A stretch of 64,000 bases of DNA from Marsupella aquatica. Lineage: Eukaryota > Plantae > Marchantiophyta. The notes beneath the pieces were generated by a model. It did not search any database, was not told where the DNA came from, and saw nothing but the letters and a program-made list of their open reading frames with translations. The translations under genes were made by a program, and so were the position numbers. Shown here one piece after another: positions 34,282-45,600 of this stretch. How positions within the stretch are numbered: position 1 is the stretch's first letter; each line of letters begins with the position of its first letter. The stretch lies in NCBI GenBank assembly GCA_973895155.1, contig OZ316894.1:17700563-17764562 (forward strand), read 5' to 3'.

Positions 34282-35952
34282 ATGGACGTGCTTGGGTCAT
34301 CGATGGAGAGCAACCAAATGTCCCTGGCGTTTGAGGATCGGATTTTCGACAAGAAAGAGGGCCGTGGGGGACGGATCGGGTGCACGCTCGTCACAGGGTT
34401 TTTAGGTTGCGGGAAGACGACGCTACTGCAGCATATTTTGCAGAACCGCGGGAGCTTGCAGATCTGTGTTCTGGTGAACGAATTTGCAGAGGTAGATGTG
34501 GACTCTCTGCTTCTGGATTCGACTCGGATTAATTCCTCGCATGGACTGTCCTGCGTCTCCCTTGCAGATGGATGTGCCTGCTGTGCCAAGATGGGGGACT
34601 TGAAGGAGGCAGTCCGCAGTGCGATGAGCAGCAAGCACAACTTCGATTATGTAGTGATTGAGACTTCCGGGCTGGCTAATCCTCTTAAGATAGCCGAGGA
34701 GCTGGAGGAGACCGGCATCAGGCTGGACCTTGTGGTGACACTGGTGGATGTGGAAACTCTGGACACCATTTTAGAAATTCCGGTGGCCAGGCAACAGCTA
34801 GCTATGGCGGATATTGTTCTCATTAATAAATGTGACTTGACTTCGCTGGGGCAAATATCAGATGCAGAAGATCGTATTGAACAAGCCACCGACGGAACCA
34901 AAGCTGTACGCTGCCGCTTTTCAAATGTTCCGCTGGAACTTGTGCTGAATGTCACCTTGCCGGATCCGTCTCAAAGCTTAGCGACCACCACTGCTAACTC
35001 TTCAGACGGTTTTTTGTCACATGAGGCGGCAACGCCAATTTTTGGCAGAGAATTTTCAGGCACTGTGGTCAGGCAAAGAGACAACGACCACAAAAGACTG
35101 GAGAAAAACATTCAAAAGCGAGACCCTAAGGTTATAGAATTGGGCGTGCACCTGTCACAATTGAGCGTGCATCAGCATGAGCATGATCCCCAAGTTGTTT
35201 CAAGCAGATTCTCCTCTGATGCGCCAGTATCCTTGGCAGCATTTCAAGACTTTGTTGTATATCAGCTTCGTTCAGCCCAGGGCTTGCTTAGGGCAAAAGG
35301 AGTGGTTTGCTTCGAGGAAAGCAGGCCTACTAGGCACTTCTTTCATTTCAGTGGGAAAAAAAGGTCTGAGGCGGTGTTCGCTGGCCCCTGGGAGAGCCAA
35401 GCCCGAACTGACCTGGTTTTTATTGGCCGAGATAAAGCAGAACTTGAGTTGCTCAGATTTGGACTTTCAGAAGCAACAGTTCCCAGAATGGATCCTGATA
35501 CTGGCATGGAGGCTTTACTACAAGCGGCAGTTACTTCGGCAGAAGAGTTTGCAAGGCTCGTATGTTCTGATACCAGATTCAAAGTACACAAATCTCGACC
35601 TGGGAGTGTGGCGAATGGCCAATCGGACATGGTTGCACAAACGATGGTGATGTTTGGCCTTGTTGGGTCATCTCTGCGAGGCGTTCATGAGGGAGATCTC
35701 AATGCGAGTCTGATGCAAACAGTGAATGGACGAGCTTTGATGTTTCTGTCAACGGGATCATCGTTGAAAGCAGGTGGTTGGTTGCAACTCTCGTTTGGAT
35801 CTAGCTTTAGTCCTCAAACTGCTTGGTGTGAAATTAAAACTGTTGCAACCGCGGTCATCGCAAAAGCTTTCCGGGAGATCTGCCCATGCAGGTGTGACAT
35901 GGTTGCACAGATGCACTCACATCATACTGGAGAACATCCTATCAAAACATGA
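34282..35952 (+). CDS. COG0523/CobW-family (G3E P-loop GTPase) putative metallochaperone with C-terminal extension, ~556 aa, intronless CDS
   Basis: Walker A GFLGCGKT, VNEF, CxCC motif GCACC, Walker B IETSG, G4 NKCD, His patch HQHEHD and CobW_C motif LLRAKG. First ATG is at 34282 (the ORF track opens at GTG 34267). A 5' UTR intron is likely at 34017-34245. Confidence 0.92.
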   Translation: MDVLGSSMESNQMSLAFEDRIFDKKEGRGGRIGCTLVTGFLGCGKTTLLQHILQNRGSLQICVLVNEFAEVDVDSLLLDSTRINSSHGLSCVSLADGCACCAKMGDLKEAVRSAMSSKHNFDYVVIETSGLANPLKIAEELEETGIRLDLVVTLVDVETLDTILEIPVARQQLAMADIVLINKCDLTSLGQISDAEDRIEQATDGTKAVRCRFSNVPLELVLNVTLPDPSQSLATTTANSSDGFLSHEAATPIFGREFSGTVVRQRDNDHKRLEKNIQKRDPKVIELGVHLSQLSVHQHEHDPQVVSSRFSSDAPVSLAAFQDFVVYQLRSAQGLLRAKGVVCFEESRPTRHFFHFSGKKRSEAVFAGPWESQARTDLVFIGRDKAELELLRFGLSEATVPRMDPDTGMEALLQAAVTSAEEFARLVCSDTRFKVHKSRPGSVANGQSDMVAQTMVMFGLVGSSLRGVHEGDLNASLMQTVNGRALMFLSTGSSLKAGGWLQLSFGSSFSPQTAWCEIKTVATAVIAKAFREICPCRCDMVAQMHSHHTGEHPIKT

Positions 35953-37934
35953 TGAGGAGATTTAGGAAGGTAATGGAGCATCGTGTGTGGAAACGTTCTC
36001 CTCACCCGAAGCCAACCGCCCAGTGACATCTCCGATCCAGTCAATTTCTTCTAACTTAGCTAGTGAAACCCAAAGAAATTTATTTTTCAATGATACTTGT
36101 TCATATTGTACATTATCTTTGAGTCCATATACACATTCAATGGGCACCTTAATTCCTGTTTGGAAATTTCCAAAGAGTTCAAGAAGATCCCGGGAACCGA
36201 GAGGCCCTGATCATTTGATGACCCTGGGAATATTTGGAAGGTTTTGATGCTGTTTAACGTCGGTTTGGCTTTCACGAATAGGGGCTCTGCAGGAGAGATC
36301 GTGCTCCTCTCGATGTTTTCTATGCCTGTTCCACCTGAGGTGCTGGATAGATGCTGTTGGGATAGATGTTATATTCTTGCTTTTAGATAATTGTTACCTG
36401 CCAATCCACCTCTTTTACTCCTGGGCTTGTCCTTCTGAGAGTAAACTTTTAAGGGATACTGATTGAAGAGTGAATGTGATTCCTTCTCTCTTTGTGTTTT
36501 GGGGCTCTGCTCTTGTTCACACCAGAAAGACCCACCGCTATTCAACCAGCTGGTCAGGCTTCCATATTCCACTTTCTTTTCGACATATATTGCGGTACTG
36601 CATCAAGGTGCCTGTTTCAATTGGTGATTGTGTGGATAAACTTGTCAGGAATCGCTTGCATCAGGCTTGATATGTGGTCGCATTACATCTCCAGAGAAAT
36701 TTAATGGATACGAGATTTGCTTCTAATTAATCCTTCAGACCAAGAGGAAGTAGGATCTAGTAGTGGCGACCGTCGAACTCTAACCAATCTTTCAGATTTT
36801 CGTTCAAGCAGAAAGCATTGTGGCTTTTCCCATATCCAGCCCTCGTAGAAACAAAAGACCCGATATCTATGGTTTCTGTATTTTGGATCTGGATTGTGAA
36901 ATCAAGCTCCCTCACCTCATACTTCGGAAGCAAATCCACGTCATCAGATTTAAATTCCTTTTAAATGTCCTGCTCTGTTCCAGTGCTTTGGGAGCCTGGG
37001 TGAATCTCATTGTGTGAATTAATTGTAACCTTCAATCGATCGTTGGAATTGGACAAGTGACACAGTTTCTTGTCGCTCGTGTTTGATTTTTCTCTCAAAA
37101 TCGTCTCCCAGGTTGTCCTAGATCACGTGGTCTGCTGCAAAACAACGTGCCAGGTTTATGCCTGAAAGAGGGTGTGTGACATGAACAAGAAACGAAAATA
37201 ACAATCAATCCCGAGTAAACACTGAATTTGAAACCCTAAATTCAGGCCAACTCCTACAATTCTTCAGGGTATTGAGGCATTCACTCTTCCAGAGAGTGAC
37301 TGGCTTCTACTGTAGAGTATTTCAGTGTTCACCAAACTTTGATTGTAAACATTAAACATTGGAAGTTGAATGGGATCCTTGCTGACAAAATTATTTTTTG
37401 AATTATTTTGGAATTGTGCAGAACAATGTGCAACCATATAACTCCGACAGACCAAAAGGCTTCTGAGACGTGAAAGTATCAACATTTACAAAAGAAAGAT
37501 GTTATGTGAGTGCAATGTGAGGTTTGAACACATTCCATCCAGGTTGCAGCTGTCCATTCAAGTTGTTTGTCAAACATTGTGGCCCATCTGGGTTTCCTTG
37601 TCACATCTCTCTACACAGTTTCCACCATAATTGGTCTTTATCCCAGAATTAGTGTTTATCTGTAATTAACCTTGGTAACCCTAATATGAGAGTGGGGTCA
37701 GCAGAAAACAGTACTAACTACGGTAGATTTTCTTTGATTGCTATTTTGGGTTGCAATTCCCTGGTATAGAGCAATTCGTGTTTTTAAAGTCCTTTTATTG
37801 ATGCGCTTAGCACTATCCCTGCTCATGTCCTCTCTTGCTCATGATGCAAATGATCACAATATGTTTGGTCATCTGTGAAACTGTAGATCCTTGATTGCTT
37901 TGAATGATTTTGCACAGGGCCACTTCCCAAACCA

Positions 37935-38227
37935 GTGTTATGCACAAACAAAATTAGTATGACCCTAATGTTATGTAATGCACACACTATGAATGTGTGT
38001 TATGCTCAAACAGAACTAGTATGACCATAATGTTATGTAATGCACGCACTATGGACGTTACTCATAATTAGGATTGGTAATTTGGGCCTACACAATTAGT
38101 GCTACCAAGACCAACTAGATGAACAGTGCATAGGTTTGCGCACTATGGATATTAGTCATAATTAAGATGGGTAATTTGGGCCTACACAATTAGAGTTACC
38201 AAGACCAACTAGATGAACAGTGCATAG
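37935..38227. repeat. Two abutting tandem duplications (2 x ~62 bp, then 2 x ~94 bp)
   Basis: gtgttatgc.caaaca.aa.tagtatgacc.taatgttatgtaatgcac at 37935 and 37997; gcactatgga...tttgggcctacacaattag...agatgaacagtgcatag at 38046 and 38140. Confidence 0.85.
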
Positions 38228-39678
38228 AATTAATGTGCTAGCAATCTCGAAAATATATCAGTACAATTGCAAGCAAAGTCCAAAATGCTGGAAACAGTTT
38301 TGTAGAGAGATCTATTTCAACATATCTCAACATGAGGCTCCCTATCCATGATTGTAAATACAGGGCTTCTATCTAGACAGAGCTCCTGTAGATCGGGGAT
38401 TGTCGTCCTCTTCGTACATCTCAATTTGTCAAATGCCAGTTTTGTGCAGGACATATGGATGTGTACTCACATAAAGGGACCAAATCAAGCGTTGTCCTCG
38501 TGCCCACTTAAAGCTATTCAATGATAAAACGAACTCTCGAAAGTTACCCGTTCCGGGTTTGGAGCTTTTTGTTATTTTGCAGTCTGATGTATATTTCGAT
38601 TCGAGATACCGAAGAGTGTTATTTCGTCTGGTGGTGGTTAACGTAATGTGTTCATGAATACCTACAAAGTATTAACGAAAGTACCAGTTCTGTTTCTTGT
38701 AGGTTAGAGAAGCCGTTCTTCAACTTTACAGAGTGTTTCGTAGCATCACACGACGATCCCCTCTTACTTGCCGTGGGTGCATTCCCTGGCATAGGCTAAA
38801 TTCAATCTGGAATTCGGCATACACCGTATGAACCACTCATCGCGAAAGTAAACCCTAAACTAGTACCACTTCAGAATGTCAAGTTGCGGATTCACGGTTA
38901 CAGGTGGTTCCAACCCCGAACCACGGCTATGGATTCATTCATGAACAAAGTCCGAATGCAGGGTAATGCCTGTGCTATACCAGAGGTAGAAAATATCACA
39001 ATGATCTAAGAAATGAGGTCAAGATATGAGAGAACAAATTCATGAAGCAGTGAAGATTGAACTGGGGATCGATAATACTTCTTGCCTCTTCTTCCTCCCA
39101 GGGCTGCCTGTTTCAATTTGAAGCTTGTAATTCACTCGGTAACCAGTATTCAACATTGCCTCGGACTGGCTCGACCCTTTCATGGCCTGGGCACGAGCCA
39201 GATGTTAAAATAAAAGCCTACAACGCTTAAAGAGTATATACAAATGCACCTAGAAATCCTGGGTTTCTATAAACCTAGCGAATGCTCACCCGTATTCCAA
39301 ATTCAGGGTAAATTACGTTACACCAGAATCTAAGAACTGAATTGGCAATCTTTTGCTGCAACTCCGGTGCCAAAAAATATGTTTCGAAGGTTTCAATATA
39401 CATTAAAGGCTCAACCCTGCAGCCACAATACCCTCAATGCATCACATTTGAGAACTTCGGAATATTTCATTTCGTTTAGTGGCATGTTTACAAGTACCTA
39501 TTTGCTAAGTCTCGCCGTGTACTAACTGAGCAGTTCTAAAATTCCTGTACCAGTACTGACTGAAATGCATCTCCTACTTTCAAAACCAGACAAGCCTCTC
39601 AACTAAAACTGTCCAGCGCTTCGAAACACAGGTTTGGAGAACCACAATTTCATGAATTTTCAGCCACAAAGGTTGACA

Positions 39679-42600
39679 TCAAGCCAAGTAAAACTTACAT
39701 GCCTTTTCAGGAGCCTTCACCTGCAGTGGCGACTGGGGCCCGTTAACAGCTAGTGCGATTTCGTCATTTGGCATCAGTTGGCTGACACTCCGAGCAGGTA
39801 ACAATTTTCTTTTTCTCTTCTCCTTCGAAGTTGCATCAACTGCGTTCTCTTGGTCTAGTGTTGGTAAGAGCTCAGCGGGGGCTGGATGTGAAGGGACAAG
39901 GAAACGCCTATTGTTGGCGGAACATACTGGATTCCAGTCGAGACCTAATGGCAAGATGACACCGGCAGATGATAGTTTGTACTCTGAGACAAACCTGAAG
40001 GGTCCTGCTGTGCCCTCTTTGGAGAAAGCTGCCAGTGGGGACTCCGCAGATGCCGCACTAACTGTGCTCTCCTGGTCAAGCGGTACCAAGAGTTCAGGAG
40101 TTGCAAATGATGGGTCACAACCTATACCTTTCTCTGAACTGTGTAAAGGAGAAGTGTCTGAGTTTCCACCGGATGCAACAGGGGAATCAGTTGAATCTGC
40201 CATGGTATGAATCTTCTTTTCAACTGATTTTGGGCTCCCTTCTGAACAGAGGCCTGGCCCAGAACACTGAGATGGCCCATTAACCCTGAGCTCAAAAGCC
40301 ACAGCTGCTTCTTCCAGGCTGTTAAAAGTACCCAGGCTAAACTGTTTCTGTTGAACCTTATCATAATAGGAGGCTACCACACTTGCTCCTGTCTCTTGGA
40401 CTTCCAGGCACCATTGGCTTCCATGGCAGGCCTCCGGTTCTGGGTCGAAGTCAGTACTCGCCATTTGGGCTGATGAATAATCATCTTCCACCGTCTCAGC
40501 AACGCTTCCACAAGCCCCAGGGTTCTCTTGACGTTCAGAAAAAGGCTTTGTCATGGGTTTCTTCTGCGACAGAGAGCCTAAGCCTTGAGAAGATGAATGT
40601 ACAAGATTGGACTTGAACCCCTTTGCTTGTCCTGAACTTCTTCTGGCACCTGACTCAATCGAAAAATCTGTCGCATTGGTATCTGCCTCCACAGACTCTG
40701 TGCTGACATCTCCAAGGCTTAAATCTTCTTGTGCATTCAGCTCGCCCGAGCTCCCGTCAGCGAATCTTTGACTTACTTGTGCTTCCCCGTCCGTCAATAA
40801 AACTTGGGCAGAACAATCGGGCTCTTCAGAGGCCACACTATCCTGCTTGGGATCCTTTCTCCTACCTTTCACCTCTGCTGGTGAATGCACCATTGTTTCG
40901 TCGGTACTTTTGCTATCATCCTCAGCCGTCTCTTCCGTATCAGTAACTCCTAGTTCAGCGATTGAGAAATTTAGTTTGGCGGCCGCACCATGCTGTTTGT
41001 AGGCGACCTCATCATAAGCCCTTGCGGCACCCTCTGCTGTCAAAAATGTTCCTAAGTAATTGTGTTTTTTGGTCTCCGTGTTGTAGTAGATTGACTGAAA
41101 TTTTCGGCCATTGCAGTAAACTCCTCTGAAGTCTGCCCGACGTGTCAAACTTGGCTTTTTGCCGGAGGACTTGTCCCCAGAAGCTTTAGCGTCGTTCGGT
41201 GAGGTAGGTTCGTGCGAACGCAGTGACCGAGCAGATACCCTCAGAGAACCATCTCCCAAAACAGATTTGGATGGTTTCTCTTTAAGGTCAGCATCAGTAG
41301 TAGACGTATTATTGTGTCCATCATGGTCTAGCGAATAATCGTCTCCCGGAAGGTCAGTCACGACGTCAGCGGCTGAAGAATCTGCAGCATCACAAGCCTT
41401 AGCTGCTTCTTGCACAGAGCTATACTTTCCAACAAGTTTGTACTTCTGAACACCCACATCATAGCGCTTCACCATGTACTCTCCAGGGCCGGTTCGCTCT
41501 ATTAAGCATTTTTTTGGAGTCTCAGTAGCGCTCTTCCCTTTGAGACCGTCCTCGCCTCCACCGTCTTGCAATCGTGCTCTGAGTAAAGGTAACTCCTCAG
41601 GAAAATTCAGACGCACACACTCTCCTCGTTTGACAAAAGCCACTTCATCATATGCTCTTGCGGCCACTTCTGCTGAGTCATACATGCCTACATACAGGTG
41701 CTTCTTAACTTTGGGAAGGTAAATCTTAGCTTTGAATCGCCCACTTGGTGTAGATTGCACTCCCAAGTAGGAAGTTCGCTCAAGCATCTTCTTTTTTCCC
41801 GACTTTGAGTGACTAGAGGTACCACAGTTAGCGGTCCCCTTCGGTCTAGAATTGATCCCTGATCCACATCCATGTGATTTAACATAACTGTCATCTTCAT
41901 TGCAAGTGGTATCATCCTTATCTTGGCTGCCTTTGCTCTCCTTCCCTGGGGTAGACTCATCAGATCCCAATAAAGTGCCTTTCAGAGACCGAGCCAACTT
42001 TCTTCTCGAAGATTTGAATGGCTCTATTGACACTTTGTCAGGTACGTCAGATACAGCAACAGCAGCATGATTGGTTCCACTCTTATCCATCATGGCTCTT
42101 CGCTTGGAGGTAGTTTTATAGACACGAGCATATTCAGACTCAATATAGCAGTCTGCACCAATTCTGGACACGAAATCCCCTCTTGAAGCCCGTTTAGCGG
42201 GCTGGCTAGACTCCCAGCGCTGATCCGATTTCCCCTTCTCTTCCTGGCATTTACGAGACTCGTTGCTCACTAAATCTGGAGTCTTGATGGACTTACCTGC
42301 GGACGAGCCCCCACTCTTCTTCTTCACCTGAGCATTTAACGCCGGGTCTACCTTCGCACTTCGCACGCTAGCAGGTAGCGCCAGAACCGGAGTCTTAGTT
42401 AGACCTGGTTTTTCAATCGATTTCGAGCTCCTTGCTGCCCTTTCAACTGTATACTTCGCTTCCGCTGCCGAGACTTTCTCGCTATCAACGACTGCTTTGC
42501 GTTTATCTGCCCTTCTGCATCCCTCAGCTGCAACATGCACTTTCGCTGTTTGACACGCCCGTAACCTGAAGTTCCTCGATGCATGTTTTGCTTTCCGTGA

Positions 42601-45600
42601 ATTATCTAGAAAAGCCCCTGCTTTCTCTTTTATGCTACTTGATGTATTACTTCCCGTGTAAGGCTTACCTGCGCCAATCCTAGAACCACTTTGAGAATCC
42701 CTTTGCTTAGTAAGCCACTGGGCGATTCCCTTAGCCTTGCCTTTCTTGGTCATCTCATCGTGGGACTCATCTTGCACCTTGGCCTGCAATTCCTTCATGT
42801 CAGGTGTGTTCAAATTTAAAGCTGCTCCCACAATACTTGCTTCTTGTTCCCTTGAACGGTTTGTTTCTAGAGCAGAACATAGCATATCCTCGTTAACCTT
42901 CTTTCTCTTATTCCTGTCCAATAAACTGGCTTCATGTTTACCAGACATAGATTTTCTTAAACCCGAAGAGTAGCTCGGCTTCTCTACAGGGTCATCTACA
43001 GATGATGGCATTGGGCTTAAGCCTCTAAGATTGTCCACCTTCCTACGTTTGTCAAATGCAAGTAACTCTCTAATGGCAAAGTTTCCAACAGGAGGATCAG
43101 ATGTTATGCACACCTGCACATCTCCCTCTGACATCTCCAATTTTGATGCTTCGCTCACAGTGCTTCCATTTCCGTTCGTGGCTATTATATCCGCCTCTCT
43201 AACCGAAGTTTCCATGAATTCAACAGCTTCTTCATCGTCCGTTGAACTCTCAGACAAACTGTCCAGCGCCTGTACAACAGCCGTGGAGATGCTCTTAAAC
43301 TTCTTCTTTTGACGACTCCCCCGCGGGACTGAGTTTCCGCCACTTGCCCCAAGATTTGACGTTTCCACTTGTACCGCTTGCGGACCTGCCTCTCCCTTAA
43401 CGTCCGAACGTGTCAAGCCGACAACCTCCACATTGCCTACTAGGGACCCATTGTTCTGTCCTGCTTCGTCAACGTCATCCGGCACAGCGGCTCCAGCTTT
43501 GTGAATCCGTCCGGTACATGTTCTAATCTCCTTCATTTCCTTTCTGATTGAGCTCTTCCTCTGACGTCTGATGGCAAATAACTTGCCCCCCCGACACTTG
43601 AGCTCATAGTCAGGTAAATGTAGTGCAGTCTCCCGAGATATCATAAAAGCCTGTTCTTCCTTGCTAACGGGAGACGGCTCAGACAACCCATCTTCGGATT
43701 TTTTGTTTCCTGACGATAAGTGGACGGGAGGAGAATGCCCATTGACAGCAGTCTCTGTTTGACTTGACTCCAATCCAAAAGACTGTTCATGCATTTCAAT
43801 TCCGCCAACAGAACATTCCTCAAAGTCAGCCTTGATTCCCTTACTCAACTTTGGCCTTTTCTCTTCAGCCAAGACATCTAAAAGGGGGTCGTCACTCCTT
43901 TTGTTATTGCAGGATCTGCGTTTTCTAGAATTTTCCTTAATGCCAGGAATCTCCTCGGGAGATTCTGCCGGCAAGCCGACTGAAGTGAAGTTCGTCATTG
44001 CTCCCTCTCCACGGTACATTCTTGCAGCCTGGTCATATGCGCGCGCAGCAGCCTCCTCGGTAGTGAATGTACCCAGCCACAAACGTTTACCTTCAGGTGT
44101 ACGAATTTCTGCACCATAAGCACCCCAAGGTCGCTTCCGAACCCCGACATACTGGGAGAAGAACTTCCGCTTTCCTGACTGTCTTTCGCTTGCAGCATCT
44201 GGCCCTCCCGTGTCTTCCTTTGCCTTCGTTCTTGGCACAGTCCCTCTTGGTGTTCTGGCCTCGCCAACTGAGCATTTGAGCCCCATACTGGTCATATCCA
44301 GCTCTCCAAAATCTACACTGCGGCTTAACCACGGAGGGCTTTGGCCAACACCTACCCGATTGTCATCCACCAGCTCCACATCTATAGAACATGTGCTGTT
44401 CGGCAACGGTGATCTCTCACTTGCAGAACTCTGTGGAAACAAGGAACTGTTCCTACACACCTTTTCAACAGTAGTACTTGCCTTCTTTGGTGCAAAATCG
44501 CCCTGGTCAATAGATAAATTGCCCACCAAGCTTGTGCAGGGATCTACGAGAACCCCTCCTGGTGCAACAGCACTTGTCCCTTGATTCCTGGTAGTGGAAG
44601 GAGAATCACTGCCATCCAAGTTCCTGGACAAAGCTGGGTCATAAGCACGAGCTTCTCTGCTATCTGGTCTACCTACGAGATCACCCTTCTTCACGTTACT
44701 GTGTGTGTGGTCAAATTTGAATTGCTTGGCACAATCTGCTGTTGTCTGAAGGCTATCTTGTGCTCCCTGTTTCGAGGAGTCCTGTAGGACAGGAAGAACA
44801 GTATTTATACTTCCACCTCCATTCGAGACCGTCTCCGGCAGTAACGAGGATTCAGATACACCGGGAAAATTGGACGTACGGCTCATTCTTACAGCCTTAC
44901 TCAAGATGTGGGCTCCTCCAGTCAGAAGGTTGTTCCCTGGAAGGCCCTTGTGATCTTGGGTGCGAGTGGAAATAACAGCAGAACAAATGATCTTTGGGGG
45001 TTCAGCGACTTCAACATGATGAGCTGCCGTCGCAGCCAAGACGAGCAAAGTGAACTCCCCGATGGAAGGCCTGTTCACACTAAGGTGCTTCTTCAAAGTT
45101 TGCGGACTCAAGGCAAACCCCTGATGTGTCTTGTGCATTTGACAGAACCTGCCATAGAATCCGACAACTTGATTAGAATTATGGAAATTGATGCTGAGAT
45201 CCAAACGCACCTAAGAAGAATGCTGATTGACAAGACCCACATACTGGGCGCTTAAGTCAAACAGCAACATGAAAAACTTGATATGGCACATCCTGAGTGC
45301 TGGGACAGGAGGAGCTGTGGACAATACCTAGAGATACTCCGTTAAGGATGCTACCTTGCTATCTTGCTATAAAGTGATGGATTAGTACCAAGACGCAAGA
45401 ATCATACCTGATATCATCACTCTTGAGGGAAACAGGAAAGAGACAACGGTCCCTTGAGAAACCCTCCGTATAGTCACATTGCTTGTAAGGAGCAAGAGCA
45501 TCCTCCAAGATATGCCAGATACAGAACTGGTGGCCCTGGACGCAATACTGAGAGCACTTTTGTTTCCGTGACTGGCAGTATAGAGACATAGAAGAGCTTG

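Noticed and set aside
1157-35952. Metabolic gene cluster linking MGL and the CobW fusion
   Set aside because: The genes are more than 30 kb apart, separated by unrelated housekeeping genes, and nothing in the sequence indicates co-regulation.
45149-45210. ORF-track start of the 1843-aa ORF as an independent gene
   Set aside because: The track start is a non-ATG codon in intron sequence. A ggcag acceptor at 45149 joins it in phase to the upstream exon and completes the zinc finger.
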